Assembly (NCBI RefSeq): GCF_018398935.1
Contig: NZ_CP074694.1
Span: 4,980,001 to 5,012,000, forward strand
Direction of reading: 5' to 3'
DNA: 32,000 bases
Origin: Telmatocola sphagniphila
Lineage (GTDB): Bacteria; Planctomycetota; Planctomycetia; Gemmatales; Gemmataceae
Part shown: positions 1 to 6,816 of the stretch, piece by piece
Layout: each line of letters starts with the position of its first letter
How positions within the stretch are numbered: the first letter of the stretch is position 1
Notes under the pieces: generated by a model
What the model was told of the DNA's origin: nothing
Databases searched by the model: none
The model's input: the letters and a program-made list of their open reading frames with translations, nothing else
Program-made: the position numbers and the translations under genes

Positions 1-515
1 CCGATGCTGCCGGGGTTGATGACGGTCGTCCCGCCGACTTTCAAGGTGTAGGGTATGTGCGTATGTCCGACGCAGACATAATCGACGTTCAGACCTTCCA
101 ATCTCGGCGCCCAGAAATTGAGATCGGGCGGCGCGTATTCATCCATCGGGTCCCATGGCGAAGCGTGACAGAGCATGAAGCGTTTGCCATCGAGTGTAAG
201 AAACTGGGTTAAGGGCAAACTCGACAGATAGCCCCGTTCGTCTTCGGTGAGATTCTCGATGGTCATCGGCCGGGTCACACTTGTCAGGTAGCGAAAGCCG
301 ACGTTACCCATGGTGTTGATGCGCTGCGCGGCCCCGTGGTCGTGATTGCCGCGCACACCATAGGAGGCGTTCTTGCGCACCCATTCGATGCAGGGGGAGG
401 GCTCGGGACCATAGTCGACCAGGTCGCCCAGGAACAGGCAAATATCGAACTCGTCCTGCACCGCTTGCAGCGCCTGCCAGTTGCCGTGAATATCGGAGAC
501 CAGAAGAATTCGCAT
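1..515 (-). CDS. Metallophosphoesterase (calcineurin-like, YfcE/MJ0936-type); C-terminal part lost at the window edge
   Basis: Absent from the ORF track because it runs off the left edge. My hand translation of the minus strand starts at the ATG complementary to 513-515. It reads MRILLVSDIHGNWQALQAV..FLGDLVDYGP..RGNHDH..LCHASPW..VGHTHIPY..INPGSIG. This is the ordered DxH / GD / GNHD / H / GHTH metal-ligand motif series of the family. Confidence 0.85.
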   Translation of the reverse strand, partial: MRILLVSDIHGNWQALQAVQDEFDICLFLGDLVDYGPEPSPCIEWVRKNASYGVRGNHDHGAAQRINTMGNVGFRYLTSVTRPMTIENLTEDERGYLSSLPLTQFLTLDGKRFMLCHASPWDPMDEYAPPDLNFWAPRLEGLNVDYVCVGHTHIPYTLKVGGTTVINPGSI

Positions 516-726
516 TAAGAGAACATAGAAGATGAAAGTATGAAGGGGCAATCAGTTACGTCGATTTTCGATCAGATAGTTTACCGGAAGCGAACGGCAC
601 TTTCCTCCGCCAATATTTAAAAGGAATCAATTAATTCCGTCGTTGAAGGCGGGAACTTCTCCGGTAGAACAAGGGGTGCTGGATTCGGCACCGGAGCTAC
701 TGGAGAAACCTTTGCTCGATATTTTA

Positions 727-1866
727 ATGTTTCTTCTGGCCTGGCTCGGCCACGCCTGCTTCATGATGGTCCTGCTGAACATGGCCTATTCGATGCCCTG
801 GGACCGCAATTTCCGGAAAGTATTTCGACTGTTGATGGGCCTTTGGATTTTTCTGGGGCCACTCTATTACTACTACCTCTTCGGACAGATTAATCCACTG
901 AACACGCACGCCCGCGGCACGGTGCTGATCCTGGCGCATGCTTTGTACATGGGTATCTCTTTTACCTTCGCCATCGTCGCTTTGCCTTTGATCACGATCG
1001 TCCGGCTGCGACGTAAACCGCCCAAAAATCTGCTCCGCGAAACCACCGAAGTGCTGGATGTGGAACAGGTGCTCGGCCACAAACCCGTGGGAGATGGCAA
1101 ATATCACTTCCTGGCGGACCTGCCATTCAACATGCTGTTCAAGGTCGACTTCACCACCTTGAGAATCGGTATCCCGAATCTGCCGGCCGAGTGGGAAGGG
1201 CTGACCATCCTGCATCTGAGCGATATGCACTTCATCGGCACGCCGGGCAAGGAGTACTTCGATGCGATTGTGGAAAAGTGCCTGGAATATGGACCCCACG
1301 ATCTGGTGGTGATCAGCGGCGACATCATTGACACCAACAAGCATATCGCCTGGATCGAACCGATTCTCGGCCGGCTCAAAGGCACACACGGCACCTACGC
1401 CATTCTCGGAAATCACGACTGGTGGCAGGATTCGGATGCCGTGCGGTCGAAGTTGCGCGAACTGAACATCACCGTGCTGGGAAACAACTGGGAAACCGTG
1501 AAAATCAAGGGTCAGCCGATGACGATCATCGGCAACGAACAACCCTGGTTTCATCCCGGGCCCGACCTGTTCGCGGCCCCCAGCGGCGTATTCAAATTGC
1601 TGATCAGCCACACTCCCGATTACGTCTATTGGGCGGCATCGAAGGGCGTGCAGCTCATGCTCTCGGGGCACAATCACGGCGGGCAGCTTCGTCTGCCGAT
1701 CTTTGGATCGATTTTCGTGCCGAGCTGGTACAGCCGGCGATTCGATATGGGGACATTTGCCGTCAAAGGCACGATGCTACACGTCAATCGCGGCATGGGT
1801 TCCAAGGAACCGTTGCGGTTTTTGTGCAATCCCCAGGTCTCGCGCATCCTCCTGGAACGGATCTAA
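727..1866 (+). CDS. Membrane-anchored metallophosphoesterase (YkuE/YaeI-like)
   Basis: ORF 643..1866. The N-terminal ~110 aa are hydrophobic, consistent with several TM helices. These are followed by LHLSDMHF, ISGDIID, LGNHDWW and SGHNHGGQ phosphoesterase motifs. The start is ambiguous: TTG 643 (longest) or in-frame ATG 727. Confidence 0.85.
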   Translation: MFLLAWLGHACFMMVLLNMAYSMPWDRNFRKVFRLLMGLWIFLGPLYYYYLFGQINPLNTHARGTVLILAHALYMGISFTFAIVALPLITIVRLRRKPPKNLLRETTEVLDVEQVLGHKPVGDGKYHFLADLPFNMLFKVDFTTLRIGIPNLPAEWEGLTILHLSDMHFIGTPGKEYFDAIVEKCLEYGPHDLVVISGDIIDTNKHIAWIEPILGRLKGTHGTYAILGNHDWWQDSDAVRSKLRELNITVLGNNWETVKIKGQPMTIIGNEQPWFHPGPDLFAAPSGVFKLLISHTPDYVYWAASKGVQLMLSGHNHGGQLRLPIFGSIFVPSWYSRRFDMGTFAVKGTMLHVNRGMGSKEPLRFLCNPQVSRILLERI

Positions 1867-1918
1867 AAAAAGAACTCGAGGACGCGTTCCTCCCGGCCGT
1901 TCTTTCTTAAATAATATC

Positions 1919-2824
1919 ATGGGTCAATTACTCTGCCGCACGGCCGGGGTTTCTGAGGTCGAATCGGCCCTGAAGCTTCTCCGGGATCCCCGTCTGAGCG
2001 AGAAACAGAATCTGTTTCAATGGTCGCATCGCGTGCGGCTGTTTCAGATCGGGACGATCGAACTGGATCACATTCTCGTCTGCCTGGAGGCGGACGAGAT
2101 CGTCGGCACACTCCTGGTGCAGGACGATTCCAAAGCTTCCGCGGTGATCTGGCCGCCCGGCACGATCACATCCAATCGCCGCTCGGAAATCGAAGAAAAT
2201 CTGTTCCTCGCGCTGAAGGTGCGAGCCCGGCAGAAGGGCTGGACCAACATCCTGGCCTTCCCCGATTCCCGGGATCTTCCCCTGCTCGATTCTCTGAGGC
2301 AGGGCGGCTTCGAAAACATCACCCAGGTGCAAGAGCTATTGCGATCGGATACCGTGTCCGAAGAGGGAAAAGTTCCGCCGCTGGAGTGGGTCGATTATCG
2401 CTATTGCGACCGCGCGCTTTTCGAACGAATTTTCACCGCCACATTCGAAGGTTCGCTCGATTGTCCCGAGCTCAACGAGGTTCGGACGGCCGCCGAAATT
2501 TTGGAAGGTTACCGGCAGAGCGCGCCGGACCTGCGCCGGTGGTGGTTGATCCGGAATCAGGGACAGGAAATCGGCATCGTGCTGCTCTCGGATGCTCGGG
2601 AAGAGGGCTGGGAGATTGCCTACCTGGGAGTACTGCCGGGCTGCCGGAAACGGGGGCTCGGAAGCCAGCTTCTTCACGAAATCCTCCAGAAATGTTCGCT
2701 ATTCGGCATTAGAAGCCTGCACGTCCGCGTCGATGTGCGCAACTTGCCCGCCTTACGTTTGTATGAGAAAAATCGGTTCCGATTGCAGCGGTCCCATCAA
2801 GTTTGCCTGATACGACGCTTTTGA
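1919..2824 (+). CDS. GNAT-family N-acetyltransferase (two-lobed; catalytic lobe C-terminal)
   Basis: The C-terminal half carries the GNAT acetyl-CoA motif (YLGVLPGCRKRGLGSQLLHEIL ... NLPALRLYEKNRFRL). ORF 1703..2824 overlaps the preceding gene by 164 nt. The in-frame ATG at 1919 lies 53 nt past that gene's stop and is the likelier start. Confidence 0.75.
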   Translation: MGQLLCRTAGVSEVESALKLLRDPRLSEKQNLFQWSHRVRLFQIGTIELDHILVCLEADEIVGTLLVQDDSKASAVIWPPGTITSNRRSEIEENLFLALKVRARQKGWTNILAFPDSRDLPLLDSLRQGGFENITQVQELLRSDTVSEEGKVPPLEWVDYRYCDRALFERIFTATFEGSLDCPELNEVRTAAEILEGYRQSAPDLRRWWLIRNQGQEIGIVLLSDAREEGWEIAYLGVLPGCRKRGLGSQLLHEILQKCSLFGIRSLHVRVDVRNLPALRLYEKNRFRLQRSHQVCLIRRF

Positions 2825-3119
2825 GGGTGGCCTAAATCGGGGTATTTGGTGAAGAACGATTCCAGTCTTGACGGTCGAAATCAAGTGGTCAACTTGCATT
2901 ACATTTGCGCATTTAACGATTTTGACGCTTGTAGCGATTTTAAGGATGCGCCTAACAGCTTCTGCACCTTACCTGTCTTCATCAGTTTCATTCCTGTTTG
3001 CAAGCCTGCCGAATCGAGCGATATTAAACCCTCGGCCCCTCGAAGGCGCAGGGACGCGGGTGTTCTATGCTCGATAGGTCGCATGTAATTTTGCATCTGG
3101 GAAAGGCCCTTCCATCTCC

Positions 3120-4649
3120 GTGGTGAAACTCGAGGCGAAGCCTGAAATGCTCGCCCCCGTACCGGCGTCCCCGGTGTCGGAAACGCTATCGGCTGCGCTG
3201 ATCCGAAGAATCGGCGAAGATCGCTACAACTTCTGGTTCACCGGTCATACGCGAATCGAACGGGAAGCGGGCGTGCTCAAAATCGCCTGCCGAAATCCCC
3301 ACTCGCAGGAGTGGCTGCGCAGCCAGTTTTCCGAAGCGATCCAGGAAGCGGCTCAGGACGCTTTCGGTGAACCGTTAATTCTTCAGTTCAGCAGCGACGA
3401 AAAGACCTTTCCGCCGGGCAAATCCGAAAGCCGCAGCCGGACGGCCGCGCCGGGGGCCGAACAAAAAGCGAATCCCGCTTCGGAAACCGGTAAAGCCACT
3501 CCGCAGACGCTCTTCGATGAGGTCGAGCAGTCCGCCCTGGAAGTTCCCAATTACGTCGAGCTGCCGCGCCGGCCCGCCAACGAAGAACCGGCTCGCTCTC
3601 TGGCTTCGCCGCAGCGAAAGTGGCGCTCGCTCAACGATTTCATCGTCGGCTCCTGCAATCGCGTGGCTCATGCGACGGCGATCAGCATCATCGAATCCCC
3701 GGGGCAGGAAGCCAATCCTCTGGTGCTGTACGGCCCTTGCGGTACCGGGAAGACGCACCTGTTGGAATCGATCTACGTCGGCCTCCGGAAGCGTCGGCCG
3801 ATGGCCCGGCTCACCTACATCACGGCCGAGGAGTTTTTGAATCGCTTCGTGCAGATGCTGAAGACCAATAAGCAGGCGAACTTCCGCAGAACCTTCCGCG
3901 AATGCGATGCGCTGTTCCTCGATGATCTGTCCTTCCTGGCCGGTAAGCGCGGTTCGCAGGAAGAATTCCTGCATACCTTCGATGTGCTGCAGTCGGAAGG
4001 GCGACAGGTCGTCGTGACCCTCGACACTCACCCGCGCCTCTGCGATGATCTGATTGAAGAATTAGTGGATCGCCTGCTCGGGGGTGCCATCGCCAGTCTG
4101 ATGCCGCCCGATACGGAAACCCGCTTTCAGATTTTGCGCGCCAAGACGCATCTGACCAATCCGCCGATTCCCGATTCCGTCCTGCAATTTCTGGCCGGCA
4201 AACTGCGCGGCAACGTGCGGGAACTGGAAGGGGCCATTCATAGCATCCGGCATTTCAGCAAGGTGACCGCTCAACCGGTGACGTTGGAACTGGCTCAGGA
4301 AGCTCTGGGCGATCTGATTCGACACGCGATGCGAGTGGTGAATATCGGCGATGTGGAAGGGGCCGTATGCGAAGCCCTTCGGCTGCCCAGCGGCATTTTG
4401 CGCTCCAAGCAGCGGACCTGGATGGTCAGCCATCCTCGTATGATTGCGATTTATCTCAGCCGCAAGCACACGACGGCGACTTACGGTGAGATCAGCGCTT
4501 ACTTCGGGAACAAGACCCACAGCACGGCCGTGGCTGCGGAGAAAAAAGTGAAAAGCTGGCTCGCCCAGAACGAACCGATGAAGCTGGGCGAGCGGGATTG
4601 GATGGTCAAAGATCTCATCGATCGGATCGAACGCACCTTGCAACGATAA
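3120..4649 (+). CDS. dnaA: Chromosomal replication initiator protein DnaA
   Basis: Walker A LYGPCGTGKTHLL and Walker B region LFLDDLSFLAGKRGSQEEFLHTFDVL are present. The sensor/arginine region reads LRGNVRELEGA. The C-terminal domain IV DNA-binding helix reads RMIAIYLSRKHTTATYGEISAYFGNKTHSTAVAAEKKV. Start is GTG 3120; GTG 3123 and ATG 3147 are alternatives. Confidence 0.95.
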   Translation: MVKLEAKPEMLAPVPASPVSETLSAALIRRIGEDRYNFWFTGHTRIEREAGVLKIACRNPHSQEWLRSQFSEAIQEAAQDAFGEPLILQFSSDEKTFPPGKSESRSRTAAPGAEQKANPASETGKATPQTLFDEVEQSALEVPNYVELPRRPANEEPARSLASPQRKWRSLNDFIVGSCNRVAHATAISIIESPGQEANPLVLYGPCGTGKTHLLESIYVGLRKRRPMARLTYITAEEFLNRFVQMLKTNKQANFRRTFRECDALFLDDLSFLAGKRGSQEEFLHTFDVLQSEGRQVVVTLDTHPRLCDDLIEELVDRLLGGAIASLMPPDTETRFQILRAKTHLTNPPIPDSVLQFLAGKLRGNVRELEGAIHSIRHFSKVTAQPVTLELAQEALGDLIRHAMRVVNIGDVEGAVCEALRLPSGILRSKQRTWMVSHPRMIAIYLSRKHTTATYGEISAYFGNKTHSTAVAAEKKVKSWLAQNEPMKLGERDWMVKDLIDRIERTLQR

Positions 4650-4955
4650 TCAACCGGCCAGTTTCAATTCCGCGGCCACATTCGGCTCGCCGGGGATGCG
4701 GGCATCGCTGGGGTGCCAGAGTTCCTGTCGATTGCGAACCCGTTCCGCCAGAATCGCAATCTTCTCCGCCGAACCGGGCGTTGCACTGGTCGGGGCCACC
4801 GGATGCACTCCTTTACCAGAGAAGTTTCCTTCGCCGCGCCGGGCATATTTACTGGTCGAGGGATAAAGTTCTTTCACTCCCGGGGTGTAGAAGCAGCACC
4901 AGCAAAGCCCGCGGGGGCGGCTGACTTTGGCTTTTTTGCAGTGTCGGCAAATCAT
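4650..4955 (-). CDS. Hypothetical small Cys4 zinc-ribbon protein
   Basis: Begins MICRHCKKAKVSRPRGLCWCCF (CxxC-x11-CxCC). An AAGGAG Shine-Dalgarno lies 6 nt upstream of ATG 4955. The longer ORF start at 5009 has no SD and would overlap the upstream gene. The stop codon directly abuts the dnaA stop. Confidence 0.6.
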   Translation of the reverse strand: MICRHCKKAKVSRPRGLCWCCFYTPGVKELYPSTSKYARRGEGNFSGKGVHPVAPTSATPGSAEKIAILAERVRNRQELWHPSDARIPGEPNVAAELKLAG

Positions 4956-4998
4956 ATCGAGCTCCTTGGATAAATGGTGTTCGTTCAGGGCAGGGAAA

Positions 4999-5421
4999 TT
5001 AAGCGGCATTGCGGACGGCCCGAGTGACGGCCACGCGGAATCGTTCGTTCAGGGTGCGGTCGATTTCGCCCAGCAGGCCGAATCGCATGGCGCTGCGGGG
5101 GGTGGTGTCGTACCACTCCAGAAAAGGCCGGCAGGCTTCAGGATGGCCCAGACGGTTGCCGGCTTCGGCGCAGATTTCGTCGAAGTGCTGTTCGATTTCG
5201 CCCACGCTGTTGAGGGATTCGCCGCGCCAGCCGCAGTAGCTCAGGGCACAGCAGGCTTTAATCGGTTCCAGGCGATTGGGTTTCACGGCCAAGGGGTATG
5301 TGGTCGCACCTTGCAGGATGCGGGAGTCGTCTCGTTTGAGGGCCTTTCGCAGGGCTTCCAGTCCCAGGGTCGGCAGCAGGGGGGCGAAGCCGTTTCGCCA
5401 GATGTATTGCCAGGTTTCCAT
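4999..5421 (-). CDS. Hypothetical protein (140 aa, Cys/Trp-rich, no family recognised)
   Basis: GAAGGAG Shine-Dalgarno 7 nt upstream of ATG 5421. GC and codon style match the flanking chromosome. First gene of a two-gene minus-strand unit with 4650..4955. Confidence 0.65.
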   Translation of the reverse strand: METWQYIWRNGFAPLLPTLGLEALRKALKRDDSRILQGATTYPLAVKPNRLEPIKACCALSYCGWRGESLNSVGEIEQHFDEICAEAGNRLGHPEACRPFLEWYDTTPRSAMRFGLLGEIDRTLNERFRVAVTRAVRNAA

Positions 5422-5467
5422 GTTCGGTACTCCTTCAAAACTCCGTATTGGATCCGACTATTTAAAT

Positions 5468-5486
5468 GTATACTTGTACAGTATAC
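5468..5486. promoter_or_regulatory. Near-perfect palindrome GTATAC-T-TGTACA-GTATAC; candidate operator upstream of the 5421 gene
   Basis: Read directly: GTATAC (5468-5473), TGTACA (5475-5480), GTATAC (5481-5486). Each hexamer is self-complementary. The site lies 47-65 nt upstream of the ATG at 5421 (minus strand). Confidence 0.35.
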
Positions 5487-5530
5487 CTGTCAAAGAGGAT
5501 CGGCGGTTGGAAGGGGCTTTTTGGAGGATT

Positions 5531-5613
5531 TTGTCTAATAAAAGAGGGGTTTTGGCGGCTTCGAGGAGAAAATTAGACTTGAGAGGAGGCTAATATTAGA
5601 CATTGTTAGACAA
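5531..5613. repeat. Cluster of four TTAGAC(A) motifs including a 12/14 palindrome GGCTAATATTAGAC
   Basis: TTAGAC occurs at 5573-5578, 5596-5601 and 5606-5611 (plus strand) and as its complement at 5533-5538. Two copies are exactly 10 nt apart. CTAATATTAG (5590-5599) is a perfect 10-bp palindrome. Confidence 0.4.
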
Positions 5614-5798
5614 GTCAAAGCGGTTTGGATTCGACCCTAGAATTTGCGAAGAGGGATGGTGAAGCAGGTCATCTATCGAACTTGGCATGAACCCTTAACC
5701 AAAACCATTCCGGTCGATTTTGTAGGCCAATTCACAGATTGCGATTCCCAGAATAGCTGATAGAGTTTGAGACAGGTGGTTGAGATAGGAGCGCCTTC

Positions 5799-6227
5799 AT
5801 GACAACTGTGTTCGATGTGGCCCATTATGTTCTTCAGCAGAAGGGCCCGATGAGCCATATGAAACTTCAAAAGCTGGTCTACTACTGTCAAGCCTGGTCA
5901 CTGGTTTGGGAAGAGAAACCGATTTTTGAAGATCGAATTGAAGCCTGGGCGAATGGCCCGGTGGTGCCCGCATTGTTCGCTCAACTGAAGGGAAAATTTA
6001 TCATTCAAATCGAAGATTTACCTGCTTCCAAGCAACTTCAGGATAAGCAAAAGGAAGTCGTCAATAAAGTGATTGATTTTTATGGAATCCACGATTCTCA
6101 GTGGCTTTCGGACTTAACCCACATGGAAAAGCCGTGGCAGGATGCCCGGAAGGGAATCGCCGTGGGAGCTCGAGCGAATAGCGAAATCACCCATGCCAGC
6201 ATGGCAGAGTATTACTGTGGACTGTAA
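5799..6227 (+). CDS. Panacea-domain (DUF4065, SocA/GepA-like) antitoxin-type protein
   Basis: The N-terminus reads FDVAHYVLQQKGPMSHMKLQKLVYYCQAWSLVWEEKPIFEDRIEAWANGPVVPALF. This matches the family hallmark (MKLQKLLYY.Q.W ... W..GPV). AGGAG lies 8 nt upstream of the ATG. Confidence 0.8.
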   Translation: MTTVFDVAHYVLQQKGPMSHMKLQKLVYYCQAWSLVWEEKPIFEDRIEAWANGPVVPALFAQLKGKFIIQIEDLPASKQLQDKQKEVVNKVIDFYGIHDSQWLSDLTHMEKPWQDARKGIAVGARANSEITHASMAEYYCGL

Positions 6228-6242
6228 TACTACTCCGAATCC

Positions 6243-6686
6243 ATGAGCAAGAAGCCCAAAATCGCCCAGAGCCCAGCTCCTCCAAGTCCAAGATTGGGTA
6301 ATGAAAATCCCGAAGAGTTCCGTGACCAGACGCCGGTTTGGAGTATCTCGATTTTCGACCATCAAGGACCTTGGGGCAAGCATCTCTGCGAGCAAAAAGA
6401 TCATCTCTGGGACGAGATATACCCCAAGTTGAGAAATTACGAATCGATGACTTGGAATGAGATCCTACAAAATTCGAAAAGAGATCACTCAATTGAGGTT
6501 TATAAACTGATAAAGTTGGCCCAAAAGCGCTTAGTTGAACTGCGATTAGATGATTACGACAACCTATTCCGATTTCGCCTTTCTGGCGAAATGCGAGTAT
6601 GGGGAATCCGAGAAGGGCGCGTGTTTCGACTGCTCTGGTGGGATCCGGAGCATGAAATCTGCCCTTCAATTAAAAAACATACCTGA
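6243..6686 (+). CDS. Hypothetical 147-aa protein; candidate toxin/effector partner of the Panacea-domain gene
   Basis: Same strand, 15 nt after the upstream stop, with the same AT-rich composition. It has a Pro-rich N-terminus, then WSISIFDHQGPWG .. MTWNEIL .. LFRFRLSGEMRVWGIREGRVFRLLWWDPEHEICPS. I cannot assign a named family from the sequence. The toxin role is inferred from gene context only. Confidence 0.55.
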   Translation: MSKKPKIAQSPAPPSPRLGNENPEEFRDQTPVWSISIFDHQGPWGKHLCEQKDHLWDEIYPKLRNYESMTWNEILQNSKRDHSIEVYKLIKLAQKRLVELRLDDYDNLFRFRLSGEMRVWGIREGRVFRLLWWDPEHEICPSIKKHT

Positions 6687-6759
6687 TATAGCTTTTCTTG
6701 AGATCATGAAAGGGCTTGTCCGAGTCAACATTCAGGCGAACAGACACACACCACCCAAT

Positions 6760-6788
6760 AAAAAAACCACCCGCTTTTGGCGGATGGC
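6760..6788 (-). terminator. Rho-independent terminator downstream of the 6817..8196 gene
   Basis: Stem CCACCCGC (6767-6774) pairs with GCGGATGG (6780-6787), 7 of 8 pairs, with a 5-nt loop. On the minus strand it is followed by a run of 7 T (complement of 6760-6766). On the plus strand the T tract is weak. Confidence 0.55.
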
Positions 6789-6816
6789 TTTGCAAATTTC
6801 AAATTCCGATCGCTGA

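Larger units (their letters stand above)
5440..6790. other. AT-richer islet 1 (intergenic repeats plus Panacea-type gene pair)
   Basis: Composition drops visibly by eye, to about the mid-40s % GC against mid-to-high 50s in both flanking genes. Boundaries are approximate. Confidence 0.5.

Noticed and set aside
336-518. 60-aa plus-strand ORF at the left edge
   Set aside because: It lies antisense within the minus-strand metallophosphoesterase, whose motif series is unambiguous. That real gene is missing from the track only because it runs off the window.
724-1677. 317-aa ORF on the minus strand, plus nested ORFs 873..1100 and 1104..1394
   Set aside because: It is fully antisense to the well-supported metallophosphoesterase gene. 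The translation is Arg/Gly/His-rich with no motifs. This is the typical antisense open frame of GC-rich coding DNA.
1703-1918. N-terminal 72-codon extension of the GNAT ORF
   Set aside because: It would overlap the preceding gene by 164 nt. Its translation (RAGTAGDSIWGHLPSKARCY...) looks like an out-of-frame read of that gene. ATG 1919 sits just downstream of the upstream stop.
2825-3119. oriC / DnaA-box cluster upstream of dnaA
   Set aside because: An eye scan found no site better than 6/9 to TTATCCACA or its complement. I do not annotate an origin here. The point is retained as an open question in the findings.
4956-5009. Longer start (ATG 5009) for the zinc-ribbon gene
   Set aside because: It has no Shine-Dalgarno and overlaps the upstream gene by 11 nt. 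ATG 4955 has AAGGAG 6 nt upstream.
5622-5645. GGATTCGACCC string resembling a tRNA T-arm (GGGTCGAATCC on the minus strand)
   Set aside because: The flanking bases do not form the 5-bp T-stem. I could not find an acceptor, D or anticodon arm around it.
5673-5891. 72-aa minus-strand ORF overlapping the start of the Panacea gene
   Set aside because: It overlaps a well-supported gene and its ribosome-binding site. No motifs are present, and it lies in an AT-rich spacer where random ORFs of this size are expected.
5422-6816. Possible direct repeats flanking islet 1 (TTCAAAACTCCGTAT near 5433-5447 and TTCAAATTCCGATC near 6798-6811)
   Set aside because: Only about 10 scattered matching positions are shared. 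The left copy overlaps the Shine-Dalgarno of a real gene. This is too weak to report as att-like repeats.
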